DNA of 63,763 nt, filler included, from Guillardia theta CCMP2712 (GCF_000315625.1; 9 parts of 9 records of this genome joined end to end with filler, not necessarily neighbours in it); one strand, 5' to 3'; positions 10,503 to 22,829 are shown, counted from the whole stretch's first letter. Numbers and translations are program-made. The notes: generated from the letters alone by a model not told the origin.

Positions 10503-11312
10503 TTTGCGAACACTGAGTACCATCGTATGACGTATGGTACATTGCCGGTTGTCACTTTTGCATCTTGATTGCAAGATTGAGAAAGATCAACGTTCGCTTC
10601 AATCCTCTGAAGTCACTGCTGAATGTTTCACCGCCTCGATGCTCGAGTGTAACCCCGTAATTCTTGAGCATGTGCATCTTGTACGACGAGCATGTTTGGA
10701 ATGTTAGTTCTGGATTTTGTTGAACTTTATGGGTCACCCAGTCAAGAAACATCACTGGCGTGAATTTTTCAAAATGGATGGGATTAATTTGCTTCTGTAA
10801 CATTATACTCTCTTCATGTAAGTTGTAGTTGGTAAACTCTCGTCCGTCGTCGCCGGCTCTGTCACCTGATCTGATCCGTTCAAGAATTTGTCACGTTCTT
10901 CACGCATGTTCGTTTTGAATTCATCAGTTATGAGAGCATAATACTCGTCATTCGCGTACAACCATTCTATGAAGCGTATCATGTAGTTCATATACATCTC
11001 TCTGGTCTTCTCCGATACATTGTTCTGCTGAATGCGTGTACGTCTTTCCTCGAATTCTCTCCGCTGTTGCACACATAACACAGCAGCTGTGGATTGAGGA
11101 CGCTTGCAACCTCGCCGTGCCCAAGGCTGCACCGGCGATTGATCCAATGGGGCTTCAGGTTGCAAGACGTTTTCGTCTCCTTCCACAGCAAAAGCTGGAA
11201 CAGCCTGTTCCCCTCCTACCTCTGGCCCCGTTGAATCACTGTCATGAACCTCTTCCATTACCTCCTCCTCATCCCCGGAGTCCCCCCGATCCTCTTCCGC
11301 CGTCACTTCCAC
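10503..11312 (-). pseudogene. Degenerate N-terminal part of a Crypton-like tyrosine recombinase gene
   Basis: QNNVSEKTREMYMNYMIRFIEWLYAN..LPTTTY / PIHFEKF..FLDW..PELTFQTCSSY..FRGLKR aligns by eye with the 17255-18061 ORF. Frameshift at ~10803, stop at 10552, truncated by the scaffold end. Confidence 0.75.
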
Positions 11313-11690
11313 TTCAGCACTGCGTAAGACACTTCCCTCTGCGCCAGACAGACCTATGCTTCCGTAGTTAAAAGCTTGGTGCCGCTGAAGGACGTAATAC
11401 CCCCCACCCCAGAATTCTGTTCAAAAGAGGGGTACTACTATGAATCCATCTTATTCACGTGTTTGCTTTTCTTTATTTCCTTTTGCTACTACCTGGGTCC
11501 TATTGTTTCATATGTACATAAGTAGCTATATACAAATGAAAAAAACGAATTTGATGGATTCCGTCGGGCTCTACGGTTTGCAAGCCCCTCATACAGCCCG
11601 CACATGCCCAGTTTTGGTCCGTGACGGACCGTTATATTACAGATACATAATAATATGATCCGGAAGAAACCTCCTACCCATAATGGAATT

Positions 11691-12008
11691 TGTCATTGAA
11701 CAAAATAGTATCCTTTGAACTTTTTTGGGGGAACTAGCCGTTTCATAGAAACTAGCCGTTACAAATTTTGGCGTTTCATAGAAACGGCAGCTGAGCCGTT
11801 ACAAATTTTTGCGTTTCATAGAAACTAGCCGTTAGAAACGTGTCAGCAGCGGTAACTTGAGTGAAGGGCAGGGCGCCGACAACGCGGGGAGGACCGGGGA
11901 TTTGTAACGGCTAGTTTCTATGAAACGCCAAAATTTGTAACGGCTAGTTTCTATGAAACGGCTAGTTCCCCCAAAAAAGTTCAAAGGATACTATTTTGTT
12001 CAATGACA
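11691..12008. mobile_element. Non-autonomous foldback/MITE, ~107-bp terminal inverted repeats, TGTCA...TGACA ends, AATT flanks
   Basis: 11691-~11797 is the reverse complement of ~11913-12008, with internal subrepeats ctagccgtt/tcatagaaa. AATT at 11687-11690 and 12009-12012. Confidence 0.8.
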
Positions 12009-12266
12009 AATTGGAAATAAATGCTATAAAACATTGAAAATACAACTCTAACTTGAATTTAAAAAGGGGGGTGATTATTTTAGTTACCAAGTACCCCTAT
12101 GGGAGGAAGAACCGCTTCAGCGATGGGGGTGGGGTCCATCCTACCCTACTGGCAATCACCCTCTCCCTTCCCCCCCTATATTTGCTCATCCCTGTTCTTG
12201 GTTGCCTGACAAGAAGCACCCATTCCCTCCAGCAGATCCTGAGTTAAGCACATCGGCACACTTGGA

Positions 12267-13413
12267 ATGAATCCTACAAGATGTTTGGTTCTAAGCCTGG
12301 CCCTTTCTTGGTTTGCAGCTGTGGTTGCCCCTTGTGATGGCTTCGGTATCCCGCCGGTATTGAAATCGTCTCAGAGTCACGTCAACTTACTAGCATCGCG
12401 GTCCCGCTGGTCTGCCTTGTCAGCTACGAGGATGGGCTTAGGTCCTAGGCCCTCACTCAGAATACTCCCAATCGTCTCAGCCGCTCGCGGGCGGGTACGG
12501 ATCTCAGCCACAAGCTCTGGGAATGCATATCTCGATCAGGTGTGCAAGATGCTGGGGGCTGATGCTGCGAATGCGACCTCGAATGTGTATGTAATTGCAA
12601 TGGAGCTGCAGAAGAAGGACATGGAGAAGGACATGGAGCTGCAGAAGAAGGACATGGAGCAGCAGAAGAAGGACATGGAGAAGGACATGGAGCTGCAGAA
12701 GAAGGACATGGAGAAGGACATGGAGCTGCAGAAGAAGGACATGGAGCAGCAGCAGAAGGACATGAAGAAGGACATGGAGCAGCAGCAGAAGGACATGAAG
12801 AAGGACATGGAGCAGCAGCAGAAGGACATGAAGAAGGACATGGAGCACCTTGTTAATTTCTACAAGCGTCAGCTGTCTACCCTCACTCAAAGGTGTGCAT
12901 CAGGCTTGATTGAAATATGCGAAATGATATTGATTACCGTGACGCAGGTATGTCCTTGAGGCGCTGTTCAGGAAAGTGGTGCAAATTGTTCAATATAGCA
13001 AAGATGGTGCGATTCCATCTATGTTGTCGAAGTCGGACCTCAACGCGATGCAGAACGGAAAGATTTCTATGACTGACGTAAATCGGCTCTTGACGGATAA
13101 TGAGCACGCAGAGTTTCGACGGAAAGTGTGGGAAAGGATCGGGTTACCGCAGGACCTTGTGATACCCACGTTTGATCCAAAAATGATGCTTTATGGGCAG
13201 CTTTCTGAAATGATACACGGGTCACCGGGAAATTATGTGTTTCTACCTTCAAATGCAGACGAATTGCACATCAGATTTTTCAGTGAGGTTGCAAAGTTTT
13301 TCGAGAAGAATATAGAATATTTCGACATCGTGTCGGCAAATGCGGGAGAGACCCTGGAAGCTGATTTTTTCCGAAAAATCAAAACGAATTCGACCGGAAA
13401 GCCAAGGCCGTGA
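12267..13413 (+). CDS. Hypothetical protein with bipartite plastid-targeting N-terminus and coiled-coil KKDME/QQKKDM repeats (2 exons: 12267-12892, 12948-13413)
   Basis: Signal peptide ..VVAPCDG|F followed by an S/R-rich transit-like region. A 55-nt GT..AG intron joins the two ORFs in frame (TQR-YVLEALFRKVVQIV). Confidence 0.7.
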
Positions 13414-15622
13414 CTGGGACGGTAGGGTATCATTGTCCCTCGCCTTGCATCGGGTTGCTCCGAGTCGACCTTGCGCGCCTACCGTACCGCGGCAGTACTG
13501 CAGGAAGAAAGGCAAACGGTGGAAGGCATGTGGGATGTGCGTGTTGTGTGTTGGAAGTAAAGAGTTAGTCTCCCGTCTCCTTCCGCCTTGCTCTTCTTGC
13601 TGCATGTCCTCCTCGTCTTCATCATCTTCCCTCAACTCCAGCCGTAGGCCATCTCGTCTTGAAGCTCCAGACCGTGTGGACGACTCGGACTCTGAGCCCC
13701 TCACGTCCGGCCTCAGTAAGGACCCTCTGGATCCGACCTTCTGGCTACTGCCCTCAGAGTGGAGCGGGCGGAGGAGGCGGAGCGTGCTGGGCCGCTCTCG
13801 TACACCTTGACGACGGTGGAGTGGAGCGTGAAGCGCAGGGTCACTGAGCGAGCGTTGGTGAGATCTCCCCCGTACTGGGAGTTTCTCAGCCTGCACGCCA
13901 GCAGCTTGGTGTCGAGGCGACGAGGCCCGGCCAGCCTCGCGCGGGCTACGACATTGACCCTTGCCGACGAGACGAGCGCACAGTCGCAGCGAGGAAGAGC
14001 AGAGATCAACCCGTCAGACTCGTCTCCATCAGCCACGAGAGCGACTTACGTTCTAAGGTCCGAGAAGATTTCATCAAGGGTCATGGTCTCAACCGTCATT
14101 GCTTGTCATGAGCATACGTGGAGACGAGAGTAGGTAGGTAGCGCCCGCGGCAGACACTCTCCCCTCTCCCTCCGCCACATCCACGTGTCAGGCTTGTAGC
14201 CTTCCGCGTCTAGCTCAGCTCGTCTACCCAACCAGCGGACACATGCGATGCCGCCTCCTCCCTTCAACTTCATCTCACCCCACCATCATCGTCCTCGTCC
14301 GATCACGAGTCACCGGGGCAGAGCCGGGTGTCATCAGTGACATCAAGGCGCCATCGCAGACAGGGCAAGCCTGATAAGACACGGGCAGGCCTTGCTACCC
14401 GGCGCTCCTATCCTGATCTCGCCTCGCACTTCTCGTCCTGCTCAGCCTCGCAGCACAGGGGGAGGGAGGGGGGACAGAAGGGGGGCCTGAACCCCGAAAG
14501 CCGGGCCTGAGGTACGACGCCGTTGCCCCGGATCTCGCTTCCTCCGAAGACCGCCCCGCTCCGCTTGTGCAGACCCCCCTGGCCTTCGGTTCTCTCCTCT
14601 GTAGGAATGTTGGGAGACAGAGATGAACTTAAGTTTATGCTAAACACTGAACTGCAGATGGACAAGGCAGAGATGGAAGAGGAACAGAAGGAAGGGAACA
14701 AGGCGGACGAAGCACGAGGGATGTCGTTGGATCCCCCCCCCCTGCAGCTCAATAATGGATACACAAAGAGGAGGGGAAGAGGGCAGGGGGAATAGTTGGC
14801 ACAAGGGTAAGGTGGCCCCCGATCAAGTAACACATTGAAGGGGAAACAAACTCAGGCCGGATTGCAACACTGAAACAGACGGGCACAACTGCGGGATCTT
14901 TGTCCTATTGCACTTACTGATGCTCGCAAAAACCAGAGGGCAGACACAAAAACAAGATATCTTCGACAGAGGTAGGCAGCATGGGGCCTTGTAACTCTTG
15001 TCTTGCGCGTGATGTAGAGCTCTGCAGATGCATTGGATCGCTTCGTGCGCACCTTATTGGAATCAATGTATACCCTTTTTTGAGTAAAGTTTTACTCAAG
15101 TGTCCTATTCGAGAAATTTTCTAAGTGTGGCGCGATGGCGGAATGTGACAGGTTGATGCTCGCTTTCTCAAGTATATGGACTAAACAGTCAAGAAATATG
15201 CTTGAATATTTGATAATTATGAGTATGTTAATCATTTGGCACCTTATTAGACATTGCTTAAGATCGAAATGTACAGCATTCTTCCTGAGAAGGCATGTAT
15301 CATAAGTGATGAAGGGAAGTCGTAGAGAAACAAATGCATGGATAGAGTGCGCAAGTGAGTGAGGGAAGCAGGGACGGATGAAGGAACTGGGAAAGCGAGA
15401 TGGCAGGGAGAGATAGAGAGTGGGTGGCTGGAACGGAGGTCATGAAATCAAGCATATTGCAACTTGGTTATATCAAACTGAATGTACTTGCAGGGAGTGG
15501 CCGACGGTACCTGCCTCAATGCGATTGGGATCAGCCTTGTAGATTGGGATCAGCCTTCCTGTGGCCCTCGAACTTGTTTCAAACACGTGACAATGTGATT
15601 CACTGATATTACATTCATTAAC

Positions 15623-18468
15623 TTAGGTCTCGGATCTCACAGCCTTCTGGCGTTTCCTGTTGCCTCTCAGCACACCTACTACTGTCATCCAACACAGTTG
15701 CGAAAATCTTGACATGTCACCATTCGTCTCTGTCTTAGTCACCTTCTCATATTCCTCGAAAAGATAATTTTCGCATTGATCAAACATGAAACCTGCCTCA
15801 ATGCGATTGGGATCAGCCTTGTATATGTCAAGAGCTTCAGCCTCTTCCTTGATGCGTTTCGACAGATATTTCATATCAGAATGCCTCTTGCCGTCATATT
15901 TGGTGGGAAAGTCAATCCCTCTAAGGCGCTTGAAAGGACCTTTTCGAGTTTCCGCATGTCCGAAGTGATACAACATGTACGCGCATCTCGTGGTCATCTG
16001 TGCCCAAGGGAATGTACCTTTCTGCGGCTTCCTGGTCGCATTCCGTGAACGACGTGCATTACTTACATCCTGTCCCTGTGATGAACCCAATCCATCGTTC
16101 TCCTCATCACGATTTACCAGCCTGCGCACCCCACTGTCCTCGGTTCTGGTAATGATGGTATCCAGTTTGTCACTTACACTCACAAACATGTCATAGACAC
16201 TTCGGCCCGGCACCCTCTCTCCTTGCCGAACGCTAGTAGGCTGAACTGTGGTAGAACCGGTCACTGATGTGACGGTGCCATCGCCGTCACCCCCGACGTC
16301 GTGACAACGCTGGCATGGCATTCTTGACTGTTCTTCCTGTTTCCGAATCATGCCTTTCATTTCAGCCATTTCGCCTTTGATTTCTCCCACTTCGCTTTTG
16401 ATTTCTCCCATTTCTTTCAACAGGCATGTATGCGATGTTATCCCCGTCGCAACTCTTCCGTGCGCCTCAGTTGTAACGAATTTCTTCAACGTATCTATGA
16501 ATCCCTCGTGAATAAACAATTCCGTTTGAAACAGAGGATGGTTCATGGGCATTGTATCACGAAGAAATTGTTCGTGGTAGATGACAGACGCCAGAGATTG
16601 TTCAACAAGCCTCCTAAGCCGTGCATTTCCCTGAATGCATGGATATAATTGGTCCATGATCTCATTAATCTCTCGCCGTGTTTCACTGGTCTCACACCAG
16701 AACATAGGCGGTAGAGCCGCGAATTCAGGTTTGTCTGTGGGTAACCCACAACATGTTCTTCCTACCTAGTGGGGGTTCAATTGAAGTCAAATATTGGCCG
16801 CAGTATTTTCAACTTACTTGCTGGTCTCCAGCGGCCTCGTATCTGAGATACGTGTCATGTATCGTACCCATTTTCCAACCAGCTCGCAGAGAAATCGCAC
16901 TGATGCTTGGTCCGCTGGTAGTTCCTGACGAAGTATATGTCGCTGATCCTTTTCTGATACTATGTGTGCCTGTATGGAGCATCAAATCAAGTTGCCAGTG
17001 AATGACTACGGTGTAATGAGCCCTATTCACCTAAGTCTCCGACGTGCAAACCGTTATTCTCAAGAGCTGTTAGCACGTCCCTATCATTTAACAACCGTTG
17101 GCTGAAAAGTTTTCTGAATCTTTCGTATTGGCTGGTGCCTGGGAATAACCGTCCTCCTGACGTTGAGTGGTCCACTGGGAACATCAACCAGTAGATACCT
17201 GCCGTCCCCAACTCAAACTTTCAAAGATTCAAGACCTGTCACGCGGCGGCGTACCTAAGGACAATATCGGGCATATAGAAGGGTTCGTGGTGTTTGCATA
17301 TACGTGTTTTGGATCCCTGGGACACATTCATGAGTGAATTGACTCAGTTGAAGAAGACTCAAGCAAGACCTGGCCTTGTCTCCAGCCTGATCGTTCTTCT
17401 GGTGAATAATATAGAATTGGAACGCATCGTTGGCGAAATCCATATGATTATACAGCAACCCAGCAGTGTTGCTACTCCTTGACATCAAGTTCCAGCTTAT
17501 AATCATGAACGTTCTTCCCCAAATGAATTCCCTATCCATCTTGCAAAGCATTTCTTTGGCTAGTACTTGGTAGATGGTAAAAGGTAAAGGGTCTTTTCCC
17601 ACGGTAACTTTGACCGAACGATCTTTCGCTGCCTGCCGGTTGCACTTCTTCTTCAGTCCAACAAAGTGATTAGTTAACACCTGCTCAATCTCGTGGAATT
17701 CCTTAACAGGTACATCGTAAAGATGCACGATGTACATTAACGATGATCGGTACGAACTACATGTCGAGAAGGCAAGATCTGGTTTTTCTCTCAACAGAAA
17801 TGAGATCCAGTGCATGAAATGCTCTGCTTTGAATCTTACGAAGTCGATGGGAATAATATCCTTCTGGGACAGAATATGTTCTAAGTAATGGGCTGTCGGT
17901 AAGCCATTGGGTGTTTTTCGGCCCTCTGCCGCCTCCAAGTCTTGCAGAAAGGCTGGGGTAATCAGACCATATGTTCGCTGGTTTGCAAATAACCATTCAA
18001 GAAACCTAGTCATGTGCTGACGATACATTGTACGTGTACTGTCAGCCAGATTATTGTTCAAAATATCTTCAGTGTCTCGACGTAATTGTTCTATTTCTGA
18101 GATCGGCAGTTGCAGCGAGTCTAGCGTGGGACGCCGACGCCGCGGCTGTGACAGTGCTGACCGCTCGGAGACAGTCCGGGAGACGAGTCACTGGTTACCG
18201 AGACTGCGATTGCCGGGACTGCAGCAGCTCGGACTTCCTGGCTTGCCATAGCGGCAGCGGCACTGCGCGCAGCATTGGTGATGATGGAACACTGCGATTG
18301 TCCACACCTTCCTGTCTGCTCAAAGTCCTCCGTGCTACCCGCACAGATTGCATGGAAAGCACGTTTACACTGACTACACTCTTCTAGAGGACACACTCCA
18401 AGGTGCTCAGGAAGTACCTTGCATCCCTCAGCAAATAAGCACAATGATTGCGCAGGCCCCCGATCCAT
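15623..18468 (-). mobile_element. Crypton-type (CryptonS/F-like) tyrosine recombinase gene, multi-exon, with N-terminal Cys/His finger and C-terminal GCR1_C-like region
   Basis: YR catalytic set across exons: SWNLMSR (R), QKNDQ (K), THSIRKG (HxxR), LRAGW (W), DTYLRY..AGDQ (Y). Then LP..PEFAALPPMF, and C-terminal AYMLYHFGH..KGPFKRL..RHSDMKYL. Confidence 0.85.
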
Positions 18469-19551
18469 TCTTGCGGCCCCAACTTTGTACCGAAGAGTTT
18501 AGCGGAAATAGCCAGGATGATTAGAGATGTATCCTGAGGCGGAGAGGTAGTTGTACTGTTAATAATGAATAAGTAATACTTGATTCCAACTTTTTTGAAT
18601 CTTCGATATCAGATAGGCCTAGCAGCATACGATTTTGGTCATATCTATATACCATACTACAAACGTATTTTCCACCTTTCGTGAAGTCTGTACCTACCCC
18701 AATGATTGCGTTGGAATTTACAATCTCATCGCCCTCCATCACAAGCGTCATCGTCCTCATACCCTGCCTCATACCCCTCATCATCACCCTCACATACCGT
18801 TTCATCACCCTCATGAAATTCCAGCATCGAGTAAAAAACCTGTAAGAACTCAGGTTCTGACAAACCTCTCAGAAGTTCTTTCAGACGCGATAAGTTCAAG
18901 GGATGCGTCTAATCAGGTTGTGAACCAAGCCTGAAGTGAAGCCTGCAGGTCCAAGCTAGTGGGCTGGAGCTTAGTCTGTGACTTAGAAGATCCGGTTGGT
19001 TGGAGCCTGGGGAAGCTGAGGCGGCGCCGGAGGAATCAAGAGGCGCCGGCTGTCGAAGAGGCAGCACTCGTACAGTCGTGGAAGTAAGGCGGTGGTGTGT
19101 GAAGGGAAGCTGTTTGGTTGGTCTTGCTGCTACGAGTCACGGTTGGGAATAAAGTGCTGGGGATTGTTGGGAAGTTGATCTGAGTTATCTGAGGTGTTTG
19201 GTTGGCTGTGAAAGTCATTGGTGTCTTCGTGCGCACATCATCTGTGAGTCTTGGTCTTTGGACTTATCAGTCAGCTGTTGAGCTGTTCTACTAGTCATTC
19301 ATCTGTGCACAGACTCTAGGAGTCAGGAATTGATTCCAATACAAAAAGAAAATTTTCTTTTTGTATTCACGAACAAAGGAATACAAAAAGACTCTACGAT
19401 AAGATTCCAAGGACAACGAGTTAAAGGGCTCTTGGTCTTTGTGCGTCGAATTGACAACGAGTTTGAAGGCTCTTTAAGGCTCCTGGTTGTTGTACTGTAC
19501 GCTGTTACTCATTTTTTTTGGAACGGTATTGGTAACTCCAAGTTGACGATC

Positions 19552-20037
19552 ATGAGCATGCCAGATCTGCAAGAGGAGTTGAAACGAAGCCATGGTGATG
19601 TTCAGGTCGACAAGCTGAAGCATGGGAAGGTTACCTCCAAGGAAAAACTCGAGGACCTGTTCCTTCCTTTCTCAGGTGCCATGAGTCGTTTTCGTCCGAA
19701 TCTTGGGGCTTGTTTCTTAAAACTGTTGGACTTGTTTCCGATTGACGAGACTGGATCGTTTGTTGGAGAATTTCATGAAATGTGGGAGTCGTCTCCAGAA
19801 GGTCTAGAAAAATTCTCTTCGCTGGAGTGGAAGATTCAGGTCACGGCGTTGTTTCTGCATGCTGGGTACATTTGGAAGAATGGGAAGAAATTCAAGGATG
19901 CTCTTGAGAAGTTTAAGAAGTTGCGAGGAAAATTCGAGGAGGCAATCGCAGCCAGCGAGGATGTGATTGATGGTGCTTCAGAGGATGCATTACGTTCGCT
20001 TGTTGGTTTTGGGGTTCTTTTTCCTGTGGGGCTCTGA
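19552..20037 (+). CDS. Hypothetical helical protein (possibly TE-derived)
   Basis: Stop-free frame with ordinary amino-acid composition. No motif recognised. Confidence 0.35.
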   Translation: MSMPDLQEELKRSHGDVQVDKLKHGKVTSKEKLEDLFLPFSGAMSRFRPNLGACFLKLLDLFPIDETGSFVGEFHEMWESSPEGLEKFSSLEWKIQVTALFLHAGYIWKNGKKFKDALEKFKKLRGKFEEAIAASEDVIDGASEDALRSLVGFGVLFPVGL

Positions 20038-20530
20038 TACAGGCGTGGTAGAGTTTGAAGAGGGAAATGCACAGGGGTGGGTCCTGTAATACTAATTTAT
20101 TTGTTTTAATGGTACAAATTACAATACTTTTAAGAGTCCAGCATTTTATGATGGTAGACCCCCCGAGCCCCTCCCCCCTCCCTTCAGCCCTCTCGCGATG
20201 GTGCAGGGATATGCACAACGCTAATCAATGACGAAGACGGATAGACCATCAAGATTCGAAGTTAATGTCGATGAGATATCTTGATAACACGGTCGTTGTG
20301 TTGCTTTTGTGAATACAATCATCCTTATCGTAATCTAATCTTGCAAGTTCAGAATCAAGCACCATCCAAGTGTTGCTGTGATGATTTTTCATTCGCAAAG
20401 TCGACAATGTTATGTTTTTATCAATAAAAAAAAAATGCTTGAGATGTAAAGTATTGCACTAGATATCCAGTGCTGTTTGTCAAAGCAGCTCAACCTTCAC
20501 TCGTGCCCTCACAAACAAGATGGGAGGGGG

Positions 20531-20558
20531 TTTAGGGTTTAGGGTTTAGGGTTTAGGG
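20531..20558 (+). repeat. Interstitial telomeric tract (TTTAGGG)4
   Basis: Four perfect TTTAGGG units. Confidence 0.9.
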
Positions 20559-20651
20559 CAGCATGGCTCCTCGTCAGGTGTAGGGGAAGCCGCCAGGGCG
20601 CCAAGGAAGCTGCAAGCAAGAGGTTTGTATACTTCAAATAGCTTTCTAAGT

Positions 20652-22799
20652 ATGGTTCTTCAGTATGATGAAAATGTTCGCAACCTGCTGTATCGGAGAT
20701 CATGCCAATACACGCAGAGCGGACTTGTGGATGCCTCTGTCCTCGAAGCTGATCTCGTCGAGAGGGTGAAGAGCTTCGCGAAGCGTTATCCGAACAGCAG
20801 GACAGCCCAGGCTTGCAAGGCTGTGGAGGGATGCACCCCCGACGCTATCGCAGAAGCCATCCGCTCGACATGTCAGCAGGCACGACGTGAGTTTCTGCAA
20901 GAAGCGATGACTGGATGGAGTGACGCATCCAGAGAGTGGTTTATGCAGCAGATTGAAGAAGCCAAGAAGGAGAAGGTCGAGACATACACCGCCTCAGCAG
21001 GCAACGAGGTGACTTCCTTCATCTCCATGACTCTCCTGGGCATCTCCTCGGTGTATGTCAACCATGAAGAAAAGCTGAAGAAGAAATTTGAAGAGATCGG
21101 ACTGATCGTAGACTCAGTGCAAGAGAGTAAAGCAATCATGTGGAAGGCTCCGTATAGACCCGAGATAGCGAGTGCTGAGGAGATCCCGGTGACTGTTTCC
21201 TTCCTCCGCAATGCACAAGCGGAGAAGCTCTGGCAGGGAAGAGAGGACTTCGCGATCGATGGTCGCAAGTTCACAGCTGTACATGTGAGCATCGTGCACG
21301 ATCGATCTTTCAAGATTCGAGCCAAGAGAGGACCCTGGGGCAAAGGGGGCAGCTTGGCAGAGCTGACTCACCTGCTAACCTTGGGCGGCATGACAACGGC
21401 TGAGATAGCTGCCGTCTATCGCTATCAGCTGCTGCGCCAGTCCCTTGCAGCGGTCCAACTCCAGCCGCTGGCAGGCATGCTGGTCGCTGGGGCGCCAGGA
21501 CAGCAAGTCCACAAAGGCTTAGGTCAGAAAGGCTTCATCGCTGTAGGGGCCAACGTCATCTGGAGACAGAGGGAGGTGGAGTGGATCGTCTCCTCGAGCT
21601 GCCCAGAGGCGAATGATACAGCATTTCGAGCTTTCCGAGAGAGCGAAGCGATGGAGGGAGTACACCTGACTCTGTTCAGCGAGGACCCGAAGATCAGAGA
21701 GGCGCTCGCAGTCGAGTTGACAGCTGATCGCTTTGTGTCCAGAAATAAGTTGAAGAAGGCATCAAGGATGCAGAAGAAGGCAGGCGGCAAGGACGGCAAG
21801 GAGATCAAGATCATCATCAAGTCGACGGCGGCATCTGGTCGCTTCACGAGGAAGGAGATGGAGGGGCTGTGCAACGGCGGCAACACGTCTATCGCAAGAG
21901 TCAAGAGAGTCTTGTTGGAGATCGCTAACAGGCTCGAGATCAACGTTGAAGGCATCGACATGGAGGAGGATTTGAACACCAAGTCCTGGAACGGGTCCAA
22001 GCTATGCATCCTCCTCGGCTCCACGGAGGATGCTCGACGCATGATGAAGGAGCTGCCCTTCTATCTCGAAGGCGCAGCAACCAAGCTCGAAGCAGTCGGC
22101 TTCGACAAGGAGCCTGACTCTGAGGCGGCTGGTCAGCGGGGCACCAGCGACGCAGCGCAGCGACAGGAGGAGAGCGAGGGAGAGTGGCTGGAGTTTACAG
22201 ACCTGGAGAGGATCACAATGGAGGCAGCATCTCCGTCAAGCCAAGAGGACATGCAACTCGTCAGCGAGCTGTCAGCAGTCATCGAAGATGCAGCTTCTTT
22301 GAACGAGGCGGGGACTAGCGAGCCGATCAAGCTGGTCCTGGACAAGGCCGTTGGCAACCTCCACGACACCTTCTACTCTCCGGGGAGCCTGGAGTTCATG
22401 TCGCTGGGAGAGTGGGCGAAGATGCCAGAGGAGCAGGGAGTTGGGCGCAACGTTCTCAAGGAGAAGCTGGGGAAGTGGCTGCAGAGCAAGCGCTGGACTC
22501 GCGTGCAAGGAGAGAGCAAGAAGGCAAGGAGGGGCAGCGCGTTCTCGCCACGGGCAACGGCAGCTGCTGAGCTTGAGCAGGAGGCGGAGAGCGACGACAT
22601 AGAGCGTCGATCTCTTAGCTTCCTGTTCATAGCACTGAGTAAATTCGCAGAGATGCATGTGCTGGCCTGCTCGCTGAAGGTGGACAAGAAGGACCGACTG
22701 CGGGTGGAGATGAGGGAAGATGGCGAAGAAGAGGAAGACATGGAGGAAGAGCAAGGCGAGGGCGAGGAAGAAGACGGGGCGAGCCCGTACCGAGCTTGA
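20652..22799 (+). CDS. Intronless ~715-aa protein with RRM-like segments and acidic tail; candidate non-LTR retroelement ORF1
   Basis: Long uninterrupted ORF. RRM-like pattern SMTLLGI-EEKLKKKFEEIG-VDSVQ-VTVSF-AQAEKLW-FAIDGRKFTAVH, with a second such pattern near EIKIII..KLCILLGSTEDARRMM. Function is inferred. Confidence 0.6.
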   Translation: MVLQYDENVRNLLYRRSCQYTQSGLVDASVLEADLVERVKSFAKRYPNSRTAQACKAVEGCTPDAIAEAIRSTCQQARREFLQEAMTGWSDASREWFMQQIEEAKKEKVETYTASAGNEVTSFISMTLLGISSVYVNHEEKLKKKFEEIGLIVDSVQESKAIMWKAPYRPEIASAEEIPVTVSFLRNAQAEKLWQGREDFAIDGRKFTAVHVSIVHDRSFKIRAKRGPWGKGGSLAELTHLLTLGGMTTAEIAAVYRYQLLRQSLAAVQLQPLAGMLVAGAPGQQVHKGLGQKGFIAVGANVIWRQREVEWIVSSSCPEANDTAFRAFRESEAMEGVHLTLFSEDPKIREALAVELTADRFVSRNKLKKASRMQKKAGGKDGKEIKIIIKSTAASGRFTRKEMEGLCNGGNTSIARVKRVLLEIANRLEINVEGIDMEEDLNTKSWNGSKLCILLGSTEDARRMMKELPFYLEGAATKLEAVGFDKEPDSEAAGQRGTSDAAQRQEESEGEWLEFTDLERITMEAASPSSQEDMQLVSELSAVIEDAASLNEAGTSEPIKLVLDKAVGNLHDTFYSPGSLEFMSLGEWAKMPEEQGVGRNVLKEKLGKWLQSKRWTRVQGESKKARRGSAFSPRATAAAELEQEAESDDIERRSLSFLFIALSKFAEMHVLACSLKVDKKDRLRVEMREDGEEEEDMEEEQGEGEEEDGASPYRA

Positions 22800-22829
22800 G
22801 CTGAGCTCAAGGTAAGTAGAGAAGGTGGA

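Noticed and set aside
13413-14800. Overlapping GC-rich ORFs, possibly a small minus-strand spliced gene starting ~14100
   Set aside because: No consistent exon chain or motif could be established without transcripts.
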